DNA from: Mycetocola sp.
GTDB taxonomy: Bacteria > Actinomycetota > Actinomycetes > Actinomycetales > Microbacteriaceae
DNA length: 37,777 nucleotides
Assembly: GCA_045629445.1 (NCBI GenBank)
Contig: JAZQRG010000152.1
Span: 1 to 37,777 of the forward strand
Direction: 5' to 3'
In this document: positions 1 to 8,768 of the stretch, piece after piece
How the letters are laid out: every line of letters begins with the position of its first letter
Position numbering within the stretch: the first letter of the stretch is position 1
The notes under the pieces: generated by a model
The model's database searches: none
What the model saw: only the letters and a program-made list of their open reading frames with translations
Told to the model about the DNA's origin: nothing
Made by a program: the position numbers and the translations under genes

Positions 1-1553
1 TCAGCATCGCCGGGCTCAAAGCCGCAGATAAGGTCCGCCTTGCGGTGATGGACACCTACGACGGCAGGCTCTGGGATGTCGCCGGCCCGGAAGCGCAGAC
101 CGGGGGATCCGGCTCGTTCAGCCTCGTCGGCGAGAGCATGCCCGAGGCACCGCTCCTCGTCTCCGAGTCCTCCCGAACCGTCACGGTGTCCGTCGAGGCA
201 TACTCGGGAGTCTGGCTTCCCGTTGTCGGATACCCGACCCGCCTGACGCTTCCAACCGAACCGGAAGACAAGACCCAGGACCTTCGCTACAACGCCGCAA
301 CGGCGACGACGGTGCTGACCTCCGGCGTCGACAAGGGCTACCGCTACAGTTTCGAGGCCGATGTCCAGGACTCCTACTCCGATGAGGCGCTGGAGAATGT
401 GCCAACCGCCGATGTGACGTTGCCGGCGGTCGAGCGTGTCCCTGACGTTGTCGCGGCCAAGGCGGCGGAGTACGTCGGCACGGCGACAGGTCCCATCGGC
501 CAGCTGCGCGAGATCGAGCGCCAGCTCAAGGTCAACGGTTTCCTGAGCCACGGATTGGCATCCGATGCTGTCCCCTCCCGAGCCGGACACGGCGCCGACC
601 GCATCGAAGAGCTCTTCACCCGCAACCAGATGATCGGCGACGAGGAACAGTTCGCCGCGGCGTTCGCGCTCATGGCTCGTTCGCTCGGCTACCCCGCCCG
701 TGTCGTCATGGGTTTCGCACCCGAGAACGTCGAAGACGGTGCTGAGGTCACGATCACGGGTGAAGACATCACGGCGTGGGTGGAAGTTCCGTTCGAGGGC
801 ATCGGCTGGATCTCGTTCCAGCCGACACCGGACGAGAAGGAAATCCCGCAGGACCAGAACCCCAAGCCGAAGACGGAGCCGCAGCCGCAGGTGAGGCAGC
901 CGCCACGCGCCGAGAAGCAAGCGGAAGACCTGCTCACCAACGTTGACATCAACGACAGCGAGGACGACAAGAAGGACGATGACGCGTTCGTCCTCCCCGG
1001 CTGGCTCGTCGCGATCCTGTGGGTCGTAGGCATTCCGCTCGTGCTCTACCTGGTACCTCTCCTCGTCATTGCTCTGCTCAAGTCGAGGCGGAGGAAGAAG
1101 CGACGCGAGGCCGCAACCGCAGACGCCCGTGCGGCCGGCGCGTGGGACGAAGCGCTCGACAGCTACGCCGAGCTCGGCTTCACTGTTCCCGCTGTCGGCA
1201 CCCGGGGGATGCTCGCGCGGGACCTGAGCGCACAGGTTGCTGCTGCAACACCGGTTGAGACCGGTTCAGCGGATGCCGGCGAGCAGCACACAGAGGATGC
1301 AGGGACCGTTCTGACCCGCATCGCCAGCGGCGCGGACGAGGCGGTCTTCGCCGGCGTCGACGCTCCTGACAGCCACGTTGATGACCTGTGGCAGGCATCC
1401 GAAGATTCCTCACGGATCGCAGCGTCCGCTGTAGGCTGGTGGCGTCGTCAGCTGAGCAGATTCCGCATCAGTTCGCGGAAGACGAAGTCGACGCGACGGA
1501 CGGCGCCGAACGGGAAGACGAGCAAACGTACGAGGGGCACGAGCCAGAAATGA
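1..1553 (+). CDS. Transglutaminase-like (TgpA-type) membrane protein, 5'-truncated by window edge; catalytic triad degenerate
   Basis: Frame is open from nt 3. Motifs GDEEQFAAAFALMARSLGYPARVVMGF, TAWVEV and GWISFQPT follow the transglutaminase-core layout; TM helix (LVAILWVVGIPLVLYLVPLLVIALL) followed by a basic RRRKKRR stretch. Confidence 0.8.
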   Translation, partial: SIAGLKAADKVRLAVMDTYDGRLWDVAGPEAQTGGSGSFSLVGESMPEAPLLVSESSRTVTVSVEAYSGVWLPVVGYPTRLTLPTEPEDKTQDLRYNAATATTVLTSGVDKGYRYSFEADVQDSYSDEALENVPTADVTLPAVERVPDVVAAKAAEYVGTATGPIGQLREIERQLKVNGFLSHGLASDAVPSRAGHGADRIEELFTRNQMIGDEEQFAAAFALMARSLGYPARVVMGFAPENVEDGAEVTITGEDITAWVEVPFEGIGWISFQPTPDEKEIPQDQNPKPKTEPQPQVRQPPRAEKQAEDLLTNVDINDSEDDKKDDDAFVLPGWLVAILWVVGIPLVLYLVPLLVIALLKSRRRKKRREAATADARAAGAWDEALDSYAELGFTVPAVGTRGMLARDLSAQVAAATPVETGSADAGEQHTEDAGTVLTRIASGADEAVFAGVDAPDSHVDDLWQASEDSSRIAASAVGWWRRQLSRFRISSRKTKSTRRTAPNGKTSKRTRGTSQK

Positions 1554-2152
1554 CGACCGGATCAGAGTTCCCCGCAGAGTGGAACGGCAATCCGATTCCA
1601 CCGAGGCCGCCCCTTCCCATTCCCGGTGAGGCGGTTGACGTGCCCGAGCCCGAACCGGCCAAGTTCAAGATCGGGATGCCGCCCGGCATGGACTTCGACC
1701 TTGACACGGTGCCGTCGTCAGACCTGCCAGCACCGGTCACACCCGTAGCCAAGCCGGCCTTCGGTCCGGCGCCGACCCCGTTGACGGGCGCGCCGCAACA
1801 AGCCAGCCCTGGTGCCGGGGTTTCCAACCCGCGACTTGTGCTTCCCGATGGCTCGGTGTTGCCGCTGACCGGTGGACTCATCGTTGGGCGAGACCCGAGG
1901 CGTCAGGACGGCTACCCGGCAAGCGTGCTCGCATCGCTGCACGACGTTGAACGCAGCGTGTCGAAGACCCACGCGGTGCTTGGCGTCACCGAGGGCAGAG
2001 TCTGGGTTATCGACCTCAATTCGACCAACGGGACATTCATGGTCGCACCCGATGGTGCACTCACCCCGTGCCTGCCCGACGTTGCGACTCCCGTGGAAGC
2101 CGGGGCCGACCTCCGGTTCGGTGAATACCGGGTCCGTGTCGCCGTCGACTGA
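1550..2152 (+). CDS. FHA domain protein with Pro-rich N-terminus
   Basis: ATG at 1550 overlaps the upstream stop (ATGA). FHA motifs IVGRDP, SVSKTHA, IDLNSTNGT. Confidence 0.85.
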   Translation: MTTGSEFPAEWNGNPIPPRPPLPIPGEAVDVPEPEPAKFKIGMPPGMDFDLDTVPSSDLPAPVTPVAKPAFGPAPTPLTGAPQQASPGAGVSNPRLVLPDGSVLPLTGGLIVGRDPRRQDGYPASVLASLHDVERSVSKTHAVLGVTEGRVWVIDLNSTNGTFMVAPDGALTPCLPDVATPVEAGADLRFGEYRVRVAVD

Positions 2153-2160
2153 GCCAGACA

Positions 2161-2703
2161 ATGTCTGAACCTCGGTCTCCCGATGACGACGGTCCCCGGC
2201 CGATGGCGTACTCGTATGTGCTCGCCGTCTTCGCCACCTTCACCTACTTCGCCCTGGTTGTCTGCGCGTTCGGATTCATCAGCCTGCTGACCGATACCGA
2301 GGTCGTTGCCCAGCAGGACGCCGGTCCGCTTGTCGGCCCTTCCGCAACCGCAGCGGCGGTGCTCGTCGTTCTGGGGTCACTCATCTTCGCTGCGCGGCGA
2401 TACGAGGCATCCGTGCGCCGCGCGACCGAGCAGTCGATCGGTGATCCGGTGCGCGTTCCGCTCGGTCGGGCGATCTCGACGGGCATCTTTGCGTGGCTCG
2501 CGTATGTCGTTGTTGGGTCGGTGTTGTATGCAGCGGCGGCTGATCAGCTGTTCGCCGGTGTGCTGTTTGCGGCGGATGCTCTCCTGCGGCTTTACGGGGT
2601 GGCGGTCGGGGTCCTCGCCGCTGCCGTCTACCTCGCATTCGCACTCATCCTTGCAGCCGGTGGAGCCCACCCGGCGCGCCCGCTGTGGCCGTGGGAGAAG
2701 TAG
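2161..2703 (+). CDS. Hypothetical integral membrane protein, about 4 TM helices (resembles DUF6121-type proteins, from recall)
   Basis: 180-aa ORF with four hydrophobic segments and C-terminal PLWPWE; 8 nt after the FHA gene. Confidence 0.7.
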   Translation: MSEPRSPDDDGPRPMAYSYVLAVFATFTYFALVVCAFGFISLLTDTEVVAQQDAGPLVGPSATAAAVLVVLGSLIFAARRYEASVRRATEQSIGDPVRVPLGRAISTGIFAWLAYVVVGSVLYAAAADQLFAGVLFAADALLRLYGVAVGVLAAAVYLAFALILAAGGAHPARPLWPWEK

Positions 2704-2720
2704 GGCGGTACTCTCAAGTC

Positions 2721-3359
2721 ATGGATCGGGCGCTCGATACGAGGGTGAGCCTGGCGGTCGACGCGTGGCTCGCCTGGTTGCCACGCTGGCGTCCGTCGAC
2801 GCACCGTGGTCGCACCCGGCTCTGTCGCCGCTGTTTCGGCTCGCCGGTGATCGCTGCCGTCGGCCTCGACCATGATGTTCCCCACGCCGTCCAGCACGGG
2901 CTCTCGACCCGGATCAAGGCCATCGTCGATGATGTCGTCGACGACTACACGGCCAAGAACCTCCCCCTGCTGCAGCGCGAGTTGAAAGCGGCAGAGGAAG
3001 CGAAGGCACGGAAGTACCGACCCGACCGCGGGCTCGAACCGGAGTATGACGGGTTGCCCGTCGATCCGGACCCGATACCGGGGGAGCCGTACCTCTTCAC
3101 CCTCGCCGGGCTCGCCGGTCAGGACGACCCGGAGTCCGAGGAGCTGCCCGCTCCGCTTTCCGAGGAAGAGAAGGCGGCCCTTCGGACGGAGATTCGCCTC
3201 GCCGACGAGTGCGCCATCCACGCGGGCAAGCTGGTCTGTCTCGCAATCGAGCCTCATCGGGACCGGATCCTCGCCGCCGTTGCGCTCTACGTCGAACCGC
3301 AGATCGAGGCATTGCTCGCCGACCTCACCCTCGAGCTGGACTCTCCTCCCTCCTGGTGA
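2721..3359 (+). CDS. Hypothetical cytoplasmic protein with CxxC/His cluster, probably leaderless
   Basis: ATG 2721 lies 6 nt after TACTCT (-10-like, 2709-2714), no SD. Contains LCRRCFGSP and HDVPHAVQH; no signal peptide. Confidence 0.75.
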   Translation: MDRALDTRVSLAVDAWLAWLPRWRPSTHRGRTRLCRRCFGSPVIAAVGLDHDVPHAVQHGLSTRIKAIVDDVVDDYTAKNLPLLQRELKAAEEAKARKYRPDRGLEPEYDGLPVDPDPIPGEPYLFTLAGLAGQDDPESEELPAPLSEEEKAALRTEIRLADECAIHAGKLVCLAIEPHRDRILAAVALYVEPQIEALLADLTLELDSPPSW

Positions 3360-3589
3360 CCCCGCTCGCGTGCGAGGCGTTCGCTTCATAGGTCACGGAA
3401 TGTGATCATTTGTGGCGAGTAAAGCGAATTCCGTGACATATGAACGGATGCCGCGGCGCGGGGACGAGCGTCGGGTGCCTGAACGCACGTCGGTGGCGCG
3501 GGATAGGACATGGGGAGTTCTGTCCTACGTGCTTTCGCCCACCCGCCGATAGGCTGGCGCAGCAGTCGCACGCCATCAATCGGGGAGCT

Positions 3590-5182
3590 ATGACAAACGA
3601 CAACGCCGGACACCAGCCGACACCGGGCCTGCCGCCCGAGCCGAACCCCTGGGGTCAGCCCCAGCAGCAGCCACAACCGGCCCAGCCACAACAGGAGCAG
3701 CAGCAGGCCCCGCAGTCGCAGCAGCCTCAGCAGCAGGCCCAGCAGCAGTCGCACCAGCCTCAGCAGCCGGAACAGCAGCAGGCCCCGCAGCCGTATTACC
3801 CGCCCGCGCCGCAGTCGTCATACCCGCCTGTGCAGCAGTCAGCCCCGGAGTATCGGCAGCCTGGTATGCAGCAGGGCCACCAGCAACAGCAGCCATACCC
3901 GGTCCCGCACGCTCCGGCGTTGCCCTTCCAGCCGCCTGCCGTTCCGCCGACGCAGGCCGCGCCGACGCGGGCAGTTCCACCGGCTGAGCCGGCTCCCTCC
4001 ACCGAGGCCTATCCTCAACAACCGGCCCAGGGCGGGTACCCGCAGCAACCCACCACGGGGGCGTATCCTCAGCAGGCCGTTCCTGCCGGTGGTCTCCCGA
4101 CACAGGGCGGCGGCTACCCGCCGCAACCTCCCGTCGGCGCATACCCCGCTGGTTCGACGTCCCCGTCAACTTCCCCGAAAAAGAAGAAGAAGCTCATGCC
4201 CTGGATCGCCGGTGGGTCGGCGGTCGTCCTGCTCGCCGTCGCCGGAATCGTCGGATTCAGCATGGGATCGGCCGCCCACGCGCCGGAACTCGAAGTCAAG
4301 GCCTACCTCGACGCCCTCAAGAAGGGTGACGTTGCAGGTGCGTTCGAGGTGTCAGGAACAAAGGTCGAAAAGACCGATCTCCTGCTCACAAAGAAGGCCT
4401 ATGCCGAAGCCGACGATCGCATCATCCGGTACACCCTCGGCGAGGTGACAACGGATGATGACACCGCCACTGTCACAGCGAGCATCACGCAGGGCGGCGA
4501 GAAGTACGACCAGGAGTTCACGCTCGTGAAGGACGGGAAGGAAGCGGTCTTCTTCGACAACTGGCAGCTCGAGGCGCCGAAGCTGTCGAGCATCGCCGTC
4601 GGTGCGAACGCTCCGGACGAGGCCGTTGTCGAGGTCGCCGGCGTCGACGTGTCCGAGCTGGAGAAAGACGGAGGGGTGTACACCCTGCGCGCGCTCCCGG
4701 GCACCTATTCCGTCGCCCTCGGTGGAGACGTGGCCTGGTACAGCGCTGAGGAGCTGACGGCATCCGTCGTTGGCTTCGGGGTTGAGGCCGACGCGGCTGA
4801 GGCGCAGATTCTCGAGATCACCATGACCGAAGAAGGTACGACAGCAGCAACGGATGCCGTCAACACCTGGCTGGATGCGTGCATCGCATCGACCGAGCTC
4901 GCGCCGACGGGATGCCCGTTCTATGCGACCAACACCCAGGGCTATGAGATCTCCAATCTGCGCTGGACGGTGACAAAACCGACGTTCTCGATCGGGGAGT
5001 TCGCAGACGGGACGTGGGCCGTCACCACCGACAGCGACGGCAGCGCCCAGGCGGCGGCTGACGCTCGCGACCCGTCCAGTGGTGCAACCGGCCCCATCTC
5101 GACCGAGCCGTTCCCGTTCGACGTCGACGGCATCATTGAGGCGTTCGGCGACGACGGAGCAACCTTCGTCTTCACCTCATAA
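3590..5182 (+). CDS. Pro/Gln-rich single-pass membrane protein with acidic extracytoplasmic domain
   Basis: GGGGAG before ATG 3590; about 200 aa P/Q low-complexity N-terminus, KKKKK, a TM helix (WIAGGSAVVLLAVAGIVGF), then a globular domain with a Cys pair (CIASTELAPTGCPF). Confidence 0.8.
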   Translation: MTNDNAGHQPTPGLPPEPNPWGQPQQQPQPAQPQQEQQQAPQSQQPQQQAQQQSHQPQQPEQQQAPQPYYPPAPQSSYPPVQQSAPEYRQPGMQQGHQQQQPYPVPHAPALPFQPPAVPPTQAAPTRAVPPAEPAPSTEAYPQQPAQGGYPQQPTTGAYPQQAVPAGGLPTQGGGYPPQPPVGAYPAGSTSPSTSPKKKKKLMPWIAGGSAVVLLAVAGIVGFSMGSAAHAPELEVKAYLDALKKGDVAGAFEVSGTKVEKTDLLLTKKAYAEADDRIIRYTLGEVTTDDDTATVTASITQGGEKYDQEFTLVKDGKEAVFFDNWQLEAPKLSSIAVGANAPDEAVVEVAGVDVSELEKDGGVYTLRALPGTYSVALGGDVAWYSAEELTASVVGFGVEADAAEAQILEITMTEEGTTAATDAVNTWLDACIASTELAPTGCPFYATNTQGYEISNLRWTVTKPTFSIGEFADGTWAVTTDSDGSAQAAADARDPSSGATGPISTEPFPFDVDGIIEAFGDDGATFVFTS

Positions 5183-5211
5183 GGCGCATTCACAGCCTTT
5201 GCGCTGAGGGA

Positions 5212-5250
5212 AGAAAGAGCCGCAGTTCCGCGGGAACTGCGGCTCTTTCT
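5212..5250 (+). terminator. Intrinsic terminator, possibly bidirectional
   Basis: Perfect 18-bp inverted repeat agaaagagccgcagttcc-gcg-ggaactgcggctctttct, 29 nt after the stop. Confidence 0.8.
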
Positions 5251-5323
5251 GTGCCCGAAACCATAGTCAGCGGGCACCGGGTGCGACAGGGTGCTCCTGG
5301 CGCTCGTCAGCCGTCCCATTCGC

Positions 5324-5352
5324 TTGACCCATGGCATCCCCCCGGGTAGTAT
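5324..5352 (+). promoter_or_regulatory. SigA-type promoter of the str operon
   Basis: TTGACC (5324-5329), 17-nt spacer, TAGTAT (5347-5352). Confidence 0.75.
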
Positions 5353-5581
5353 TTATGGGTGTGCGCTTTGTCGCGCTCTTAACTCGAGCCCGAAACGGTC
5401 CGCTTGAGGTCAGGCAACTCTCACACACTGGGTCGGATTGCGCTAAGCGCCGACTCCCACGGCATACCCACCACACCAAAAGTTGCGCTCCTCTGTGCAG
5501 CCGGTGGGTCCATTGAACTCGCCTCGCGCGAATGCTAGCAACATTGCCGCTGTCACCGTGCAGCACAAACAAGGAGAAGTA

Positions 5582-5956
5582 GTGCCAACTATTCAGCAGT
5601 TGGTCCGTAAGGGTCGCACGCCGAAGGTCACCAAGACCAAGGCTCCCGCTCTTAAGGCCAACCCCCAGCAGCGTGGCGTATGCACCCGTGTGTACACCAC
5701 TACCCCGAAGAAGCCGAACTCGGCGATGCGTAAGGTCGCTCGTGTGAAGCTCTCCAACGGCACCGAGGTCACCGCCTACATCCCAGGTGAAGGCCACAAC
5801 CTCCAGGAGCACTCCATGGTCCTGGTCCGTGGTGGACGAGTAAAGGACCTCCCGGGTGTCCGTTACAAGATCATCCGTGGCGCACTTGACACGCAGGCCG
5901 TGAAGAACCGCAAGCAGGCTCGCAGCCGCTACGGCGCAAAGATGGAGAAGAAGTAA
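5582..5956 (+). CDS. rpsL: 30S ribosomal protein S12
   Basis: GTG start after AAGGAG; [33 protein letters not shown]. Confidence 0.99.
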   Translation: MPTIQQLVRKGRTPKVTKTKAPALKANPQQRGVCTRVYTTTPKKPNSAMRKVARVKLSNGTEVTAYIPGEGHNLQEHSMVLVRGGRVKDLPGVRYKIIRGALDTQAVKNRKQARSRYGAKMEKK

Positions 5957-6426
5957 TGCCTCGTAAGGGACCAGCACCAAAGCGCCCCGTCGTCGCAGAC
6001 CCCGTCTACGGCGCACCCATCGTCAGCCAGCTCGTCAACAAGATTCTTGTTGACGGCAAGAAGGGCCTCGCAGAGCGCATCGTTTACACCGCGCTCGAAG
6101 GCGTTTCGGCGAAGAACGGCCAGGACGCCGTCGTCACACTGAAGAAGGCTCTCGACAACGTTCGCCCGACCCTCGAAGTTCGTTCACGCCGCGTTGGTGG
6201 ATCGACCTACCAGGTGCCGATCGAAGTCAAGCCGCACCGCGCAAACACCCTCGCACTCCGCTGGCTCACCAGCTACGCAAAGGGTCGTCGCGAAAAGACA
6301 ATGACCGAGCGTCTCATGAACGAGATCCTCGACGCATCAAACGGCCTCGGTGCCGCGGTCAAGCGCCGCGAAGACACGCACAAGATGGCCGAGTCGAACA
6401 AGGCATTCGCGCACTACCGCTGGTAG
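5956..6426 (+). CDS. rpsG: 30S ribosomal protein S7
   Basis: [29 protein letters not shown]. Confidence 0.99.
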   Translation: MPRKGPAPKRPVVADPVYGAPIVSQLVNKILVDGKKGLAERIVYTALEGVSAKNGQDAVVTLKKALDNVRPTLEVRSRRVGGSTYQVPIEVKPHRANTLALRWLTSYAKGRREKTMTERLMNEILDASNGLGAAVKRREDTHKMAESNKAFAHYRW

Positions 6427-6437
6427 TCACGGTGGCA

Positions 6438-6467
6438 GGATGCCTCGGCACATGTGTCGGGGCATCC
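6438..6467 (+). other. Intergenic stem-loop between rpsG and fusA
   Basis: ggatgcctcggcac-at-gtgtcggggcatcc; no U-tract. Confidence 0.6.
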
Positions 6468-6513
6468 GCCTGCCTGTTCACCCTCATCTCACCAAACTTC
6501 CTGGAGGAACCCA

Positions 6514-8628
6514 GTGGCACTTGACGTGCTCACCGACCTGAACAAGGTCCGCAACATTGGCATCATGGCCCACATTGATGCCGGTAAAACCACCACAACT
6601 GAGCGCATCCTGTTCTACACGGGCGTCAACCACAAGATCGGTGAGACGCACGACGGTGCATCCACGATGGACTGGATGGAGCAGGAGCAGGAGCGTGGCA
6701 TCACGATCACCTCCGCAGCAACCACATGTTTCTGGGGCGACAACCAGATCAACATCATCGACACCCCCGGTCACGTTGACTTCACGGTCGAGGTGGAGCG
6801 TTCGCTCCGCGTCCTCGACGGTGCTGTTGCAGTGTTCGACGGCAAGGAGGGCGTTGAGCCCCAGTCCGAGACCGTCTGGCGCCAGGCCGACAAGTACGAC
6901 GTTCCGCGTATCTGCTTCGTCAACAAGATGGACAAGCTCGGCGCTGACTTCTACTTCACCGTCGACACCATCATCAAGCGCCTCGGCGCTAAGCCCCTCG
7001 TCATCCAGCTCCCGATCGGCGCTGAGAGCGAGTTCGAGGGCGTCGTTGACCTCGTTGAAATGCGCGCGCTCACCTGGCGCGGCGACAGCAAGGGTGACGT
7101 CGAGATGGGCGCCAAGTACGCCATCGAAGAGATCCCCGCTGACCTCGTTGAGAAGGCTGCTGAATACCGCAAGCTCCTCCTCGAGACCGTCGCCGAGACC
7201 GATGACGCGCTGCTCGAGAAGTACTTCGGTGGCGAAGAGCTGACCGTTGCCGAGATCAAGGGCGCGATCCGCAAGCTCACCGTCAACAGCGAGATCTACC
7301 CGGTCCTCTGTGGCTCAGCGTTCAAGAACCGCGGCGTTCAGCCGATGCTCGACGCTGTCATCGACTACCTGCCGAACCCGCTCGACGTTCCGGCAACCGA
7401 GGCACGCGACCCGCGCGACGAAGAGAAGATCATCCTTCGCCACCCGGACGCTGCTGAGCCGTTCGCTGCTCTCGCCTTCAAGGTCGCTGTCCACCCGTTC
7501 TTCGGTCGCCTCACGTACATTCGCGTGTACTCGGGTCGCCTGGATTCCGGTGCTCAGGTCATCAACTCGACCAAGGGCAAGAAGGAGCGCATCGGCAAGA
7601 TCTTCCAGATGCACGCCAACAAGGAAAACCCCGTGGACTTCGTGACCGCAGGTCACATCTACGCTGTTATCGGCCTCAAGGACACCACAACCGGTGACAC
7701 CCTGTGCGACCCGAACAACCAGGTTGTCCTCGAGTCGATGACGTTCCCTGAGCCGGTCATCTCGGTTGCTATCGAGCCGAAGACCAAGCAGGACCAGGAG
7801 AAGCTGGGAACGGCTATCCAGAAGCTTGCTGAGGAAGACCCCACGTTCCGCGTTGAGCAGAACCAGGAGACCGGCCAGACCGTTATCCACGGAATGGGCG
7901 AGCTTCACCTCGACATCCTCGTTGACCGCATCAAGCGTGAATTCAAGGTTGAGCCAAACGTGGGCAAGCCCCAGGTTGCGTACCGCGAGACGATCCGTCG
8001 CGCGGTTCCGAAGCACGACTACACCCACAAGAAGCAGACCGGTGGCTCCGGCCAGTTCGCAAAGATCCAGTTCGGCCTCGAGCCGCTCGAGATCACCGCA
8101 GAGCAGACCTACGAGTTCGACAACAAGGTCACAGGTGGACGTATCCCTCGCGAATACATCCCATCCATCGACGCTGGTTTCCAGGATGCGCTTCAGGTCG
8201 GTATCCTTGCCGGGTACCCGCTCGTCGGCGTCAAGGCAATCCTGCTCGATGGCGCTGCACACGATGTTGACTCGTCAGAAATGGCGTTCAAGATCGCGGG
8301 TTCCATGGGCTTCAAGGAAGCCGCACGCAAGGCCGACCCGGTTCTTCTTGAGCCGCTCATGGCCGTTGAGGTGCGCACTCCCGAGGAGTACATGGGCGAC
8401 GTCATCGGTGACATCAACTCACGCCGCGGCCAGATCCAGGCAATGGAAGACGCAGCAGGCGTGAAGGTCATCACCGCCAAAGTCCCGCTCTCCGAGATGT
8501 TCGGATACATCGGCGACCTGAGGAGCAAAACCTCCGGCCGCGCCGTGTACTCGATGGCATTCGAGAGCTACGCGGAGGTCCCGAAGGCTGTCGCCGAGGA
8601 GATCATCCAGAAGAGCAAGGGCGAGTAA
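6514..8628 (+). CDS. fusA: Elongation factor G
   Basis: GTG after GGAGG; [23 protein letters not shown]; 704 aa. Confidence 0.99.
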   Translation: MALDVLTDLNKVRNIGIMAHIDAGKTTTTERILFYTGVNHKIGETHDGASTMDWMEQEQERGITITSAATTCFWGDNQINIIDTPGHVDFTVEVERSLRVLDGAVAVFDGKEGVEPQSETVWRQADKYDVPRICFVNKMDKLGADFYFTVDTIIKRLGAKPLVIQLPIGAESEFEGVVDLVEMRALTWRGDSKGDVEMGAKYAIEEIPADLVEKAAEYRKLLLETVAETDDALLEKYFGGEELTVAEIKGAIRKLTVNSEIYPVLCGSAFKNRGVQPMLDAVIDYLPNPLDVPATEARDPRDEEKIILRHPDAAEPFAALAFKVAVHPFFGRLTYIRVYSGRLDSGAQVINSTKGKKERIGKIFQMHANKENPVDFVTAGHIYAVIGLKDTTTGDTLCDPNNQVVLESMTFPEPVISVAIEPKTKQDQEKLGTAIQKLAEEDPTFRVEQNQETGQTVIHGMGELHLDILVDRIKREFKVEPNVGKPQVAYRETIRRAVPKHDYTHKKQTGGSGQFAKIQFGLEPLEITAEQTYEFDNKVTGGRIPREYIPSIDAGFQDALQVGILAGYPLVGVKAILLDGAAHDVDSSEMAFKIAGSMGFKEAARKADPVLLEPLMAVEVRTPEEYMGDVIGDINSRRGQIQAMEDAAGVKVITAKVPLSEMFGYIGDLRSKTSGRAVYSMAFESYAEVPKAVAEEIIQKSKGE

Positions 8629-8635
8629 TCGCCCT

Positions 8636-8677
8636 GCGGCCGGGGAGAACACGAGCCTTCGTGTTATCCCCAGCCGC
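8636..8677 (+). other. Intergenic stem-loop between fusA and tuf
   Basis: gcggc-c-gggga-g-aacacga...tcgtgtt-a-tcccc-a-gccgc imperfect inverted repeat. Confidence 0.55.
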
Positions 8678-8768
8678 GACCTAGTAACATAAAAATCACA
8701 AATCCCCGTAGTAAACCGGTTGCAATCCAGTGCCCGGCGTCGCTACATCAGTCCTGAGGAGGACCATA

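Noticed and set aside
1388-1549. Longer ORF-track starts for the FHA gene (also 2685, 3440, 5483, 6454, 8730, 14015, 15461, 19618, 26485, 32203)
   Set aside because: Downstream starts fit SD or leaderless signals, gene overlaps and known protein N-termini better.
3640-4140. CRISPR or tandem-repeat array
   Set aside because: Degenerate in-frame Gln/Pro codon repeats, with no constant repeat-spacer pattern.
5690-5860. Streptomycin-resistance allele in rpsL
   Set aside because: PKKPNS and RVKDLPG are wild type at both key lysines.
8682-8700. Internal tuf promoter (TAACAT at 8685-8690)
   Set aside because: Plausible -10 but no convincing -35; not supportable without TSS data.
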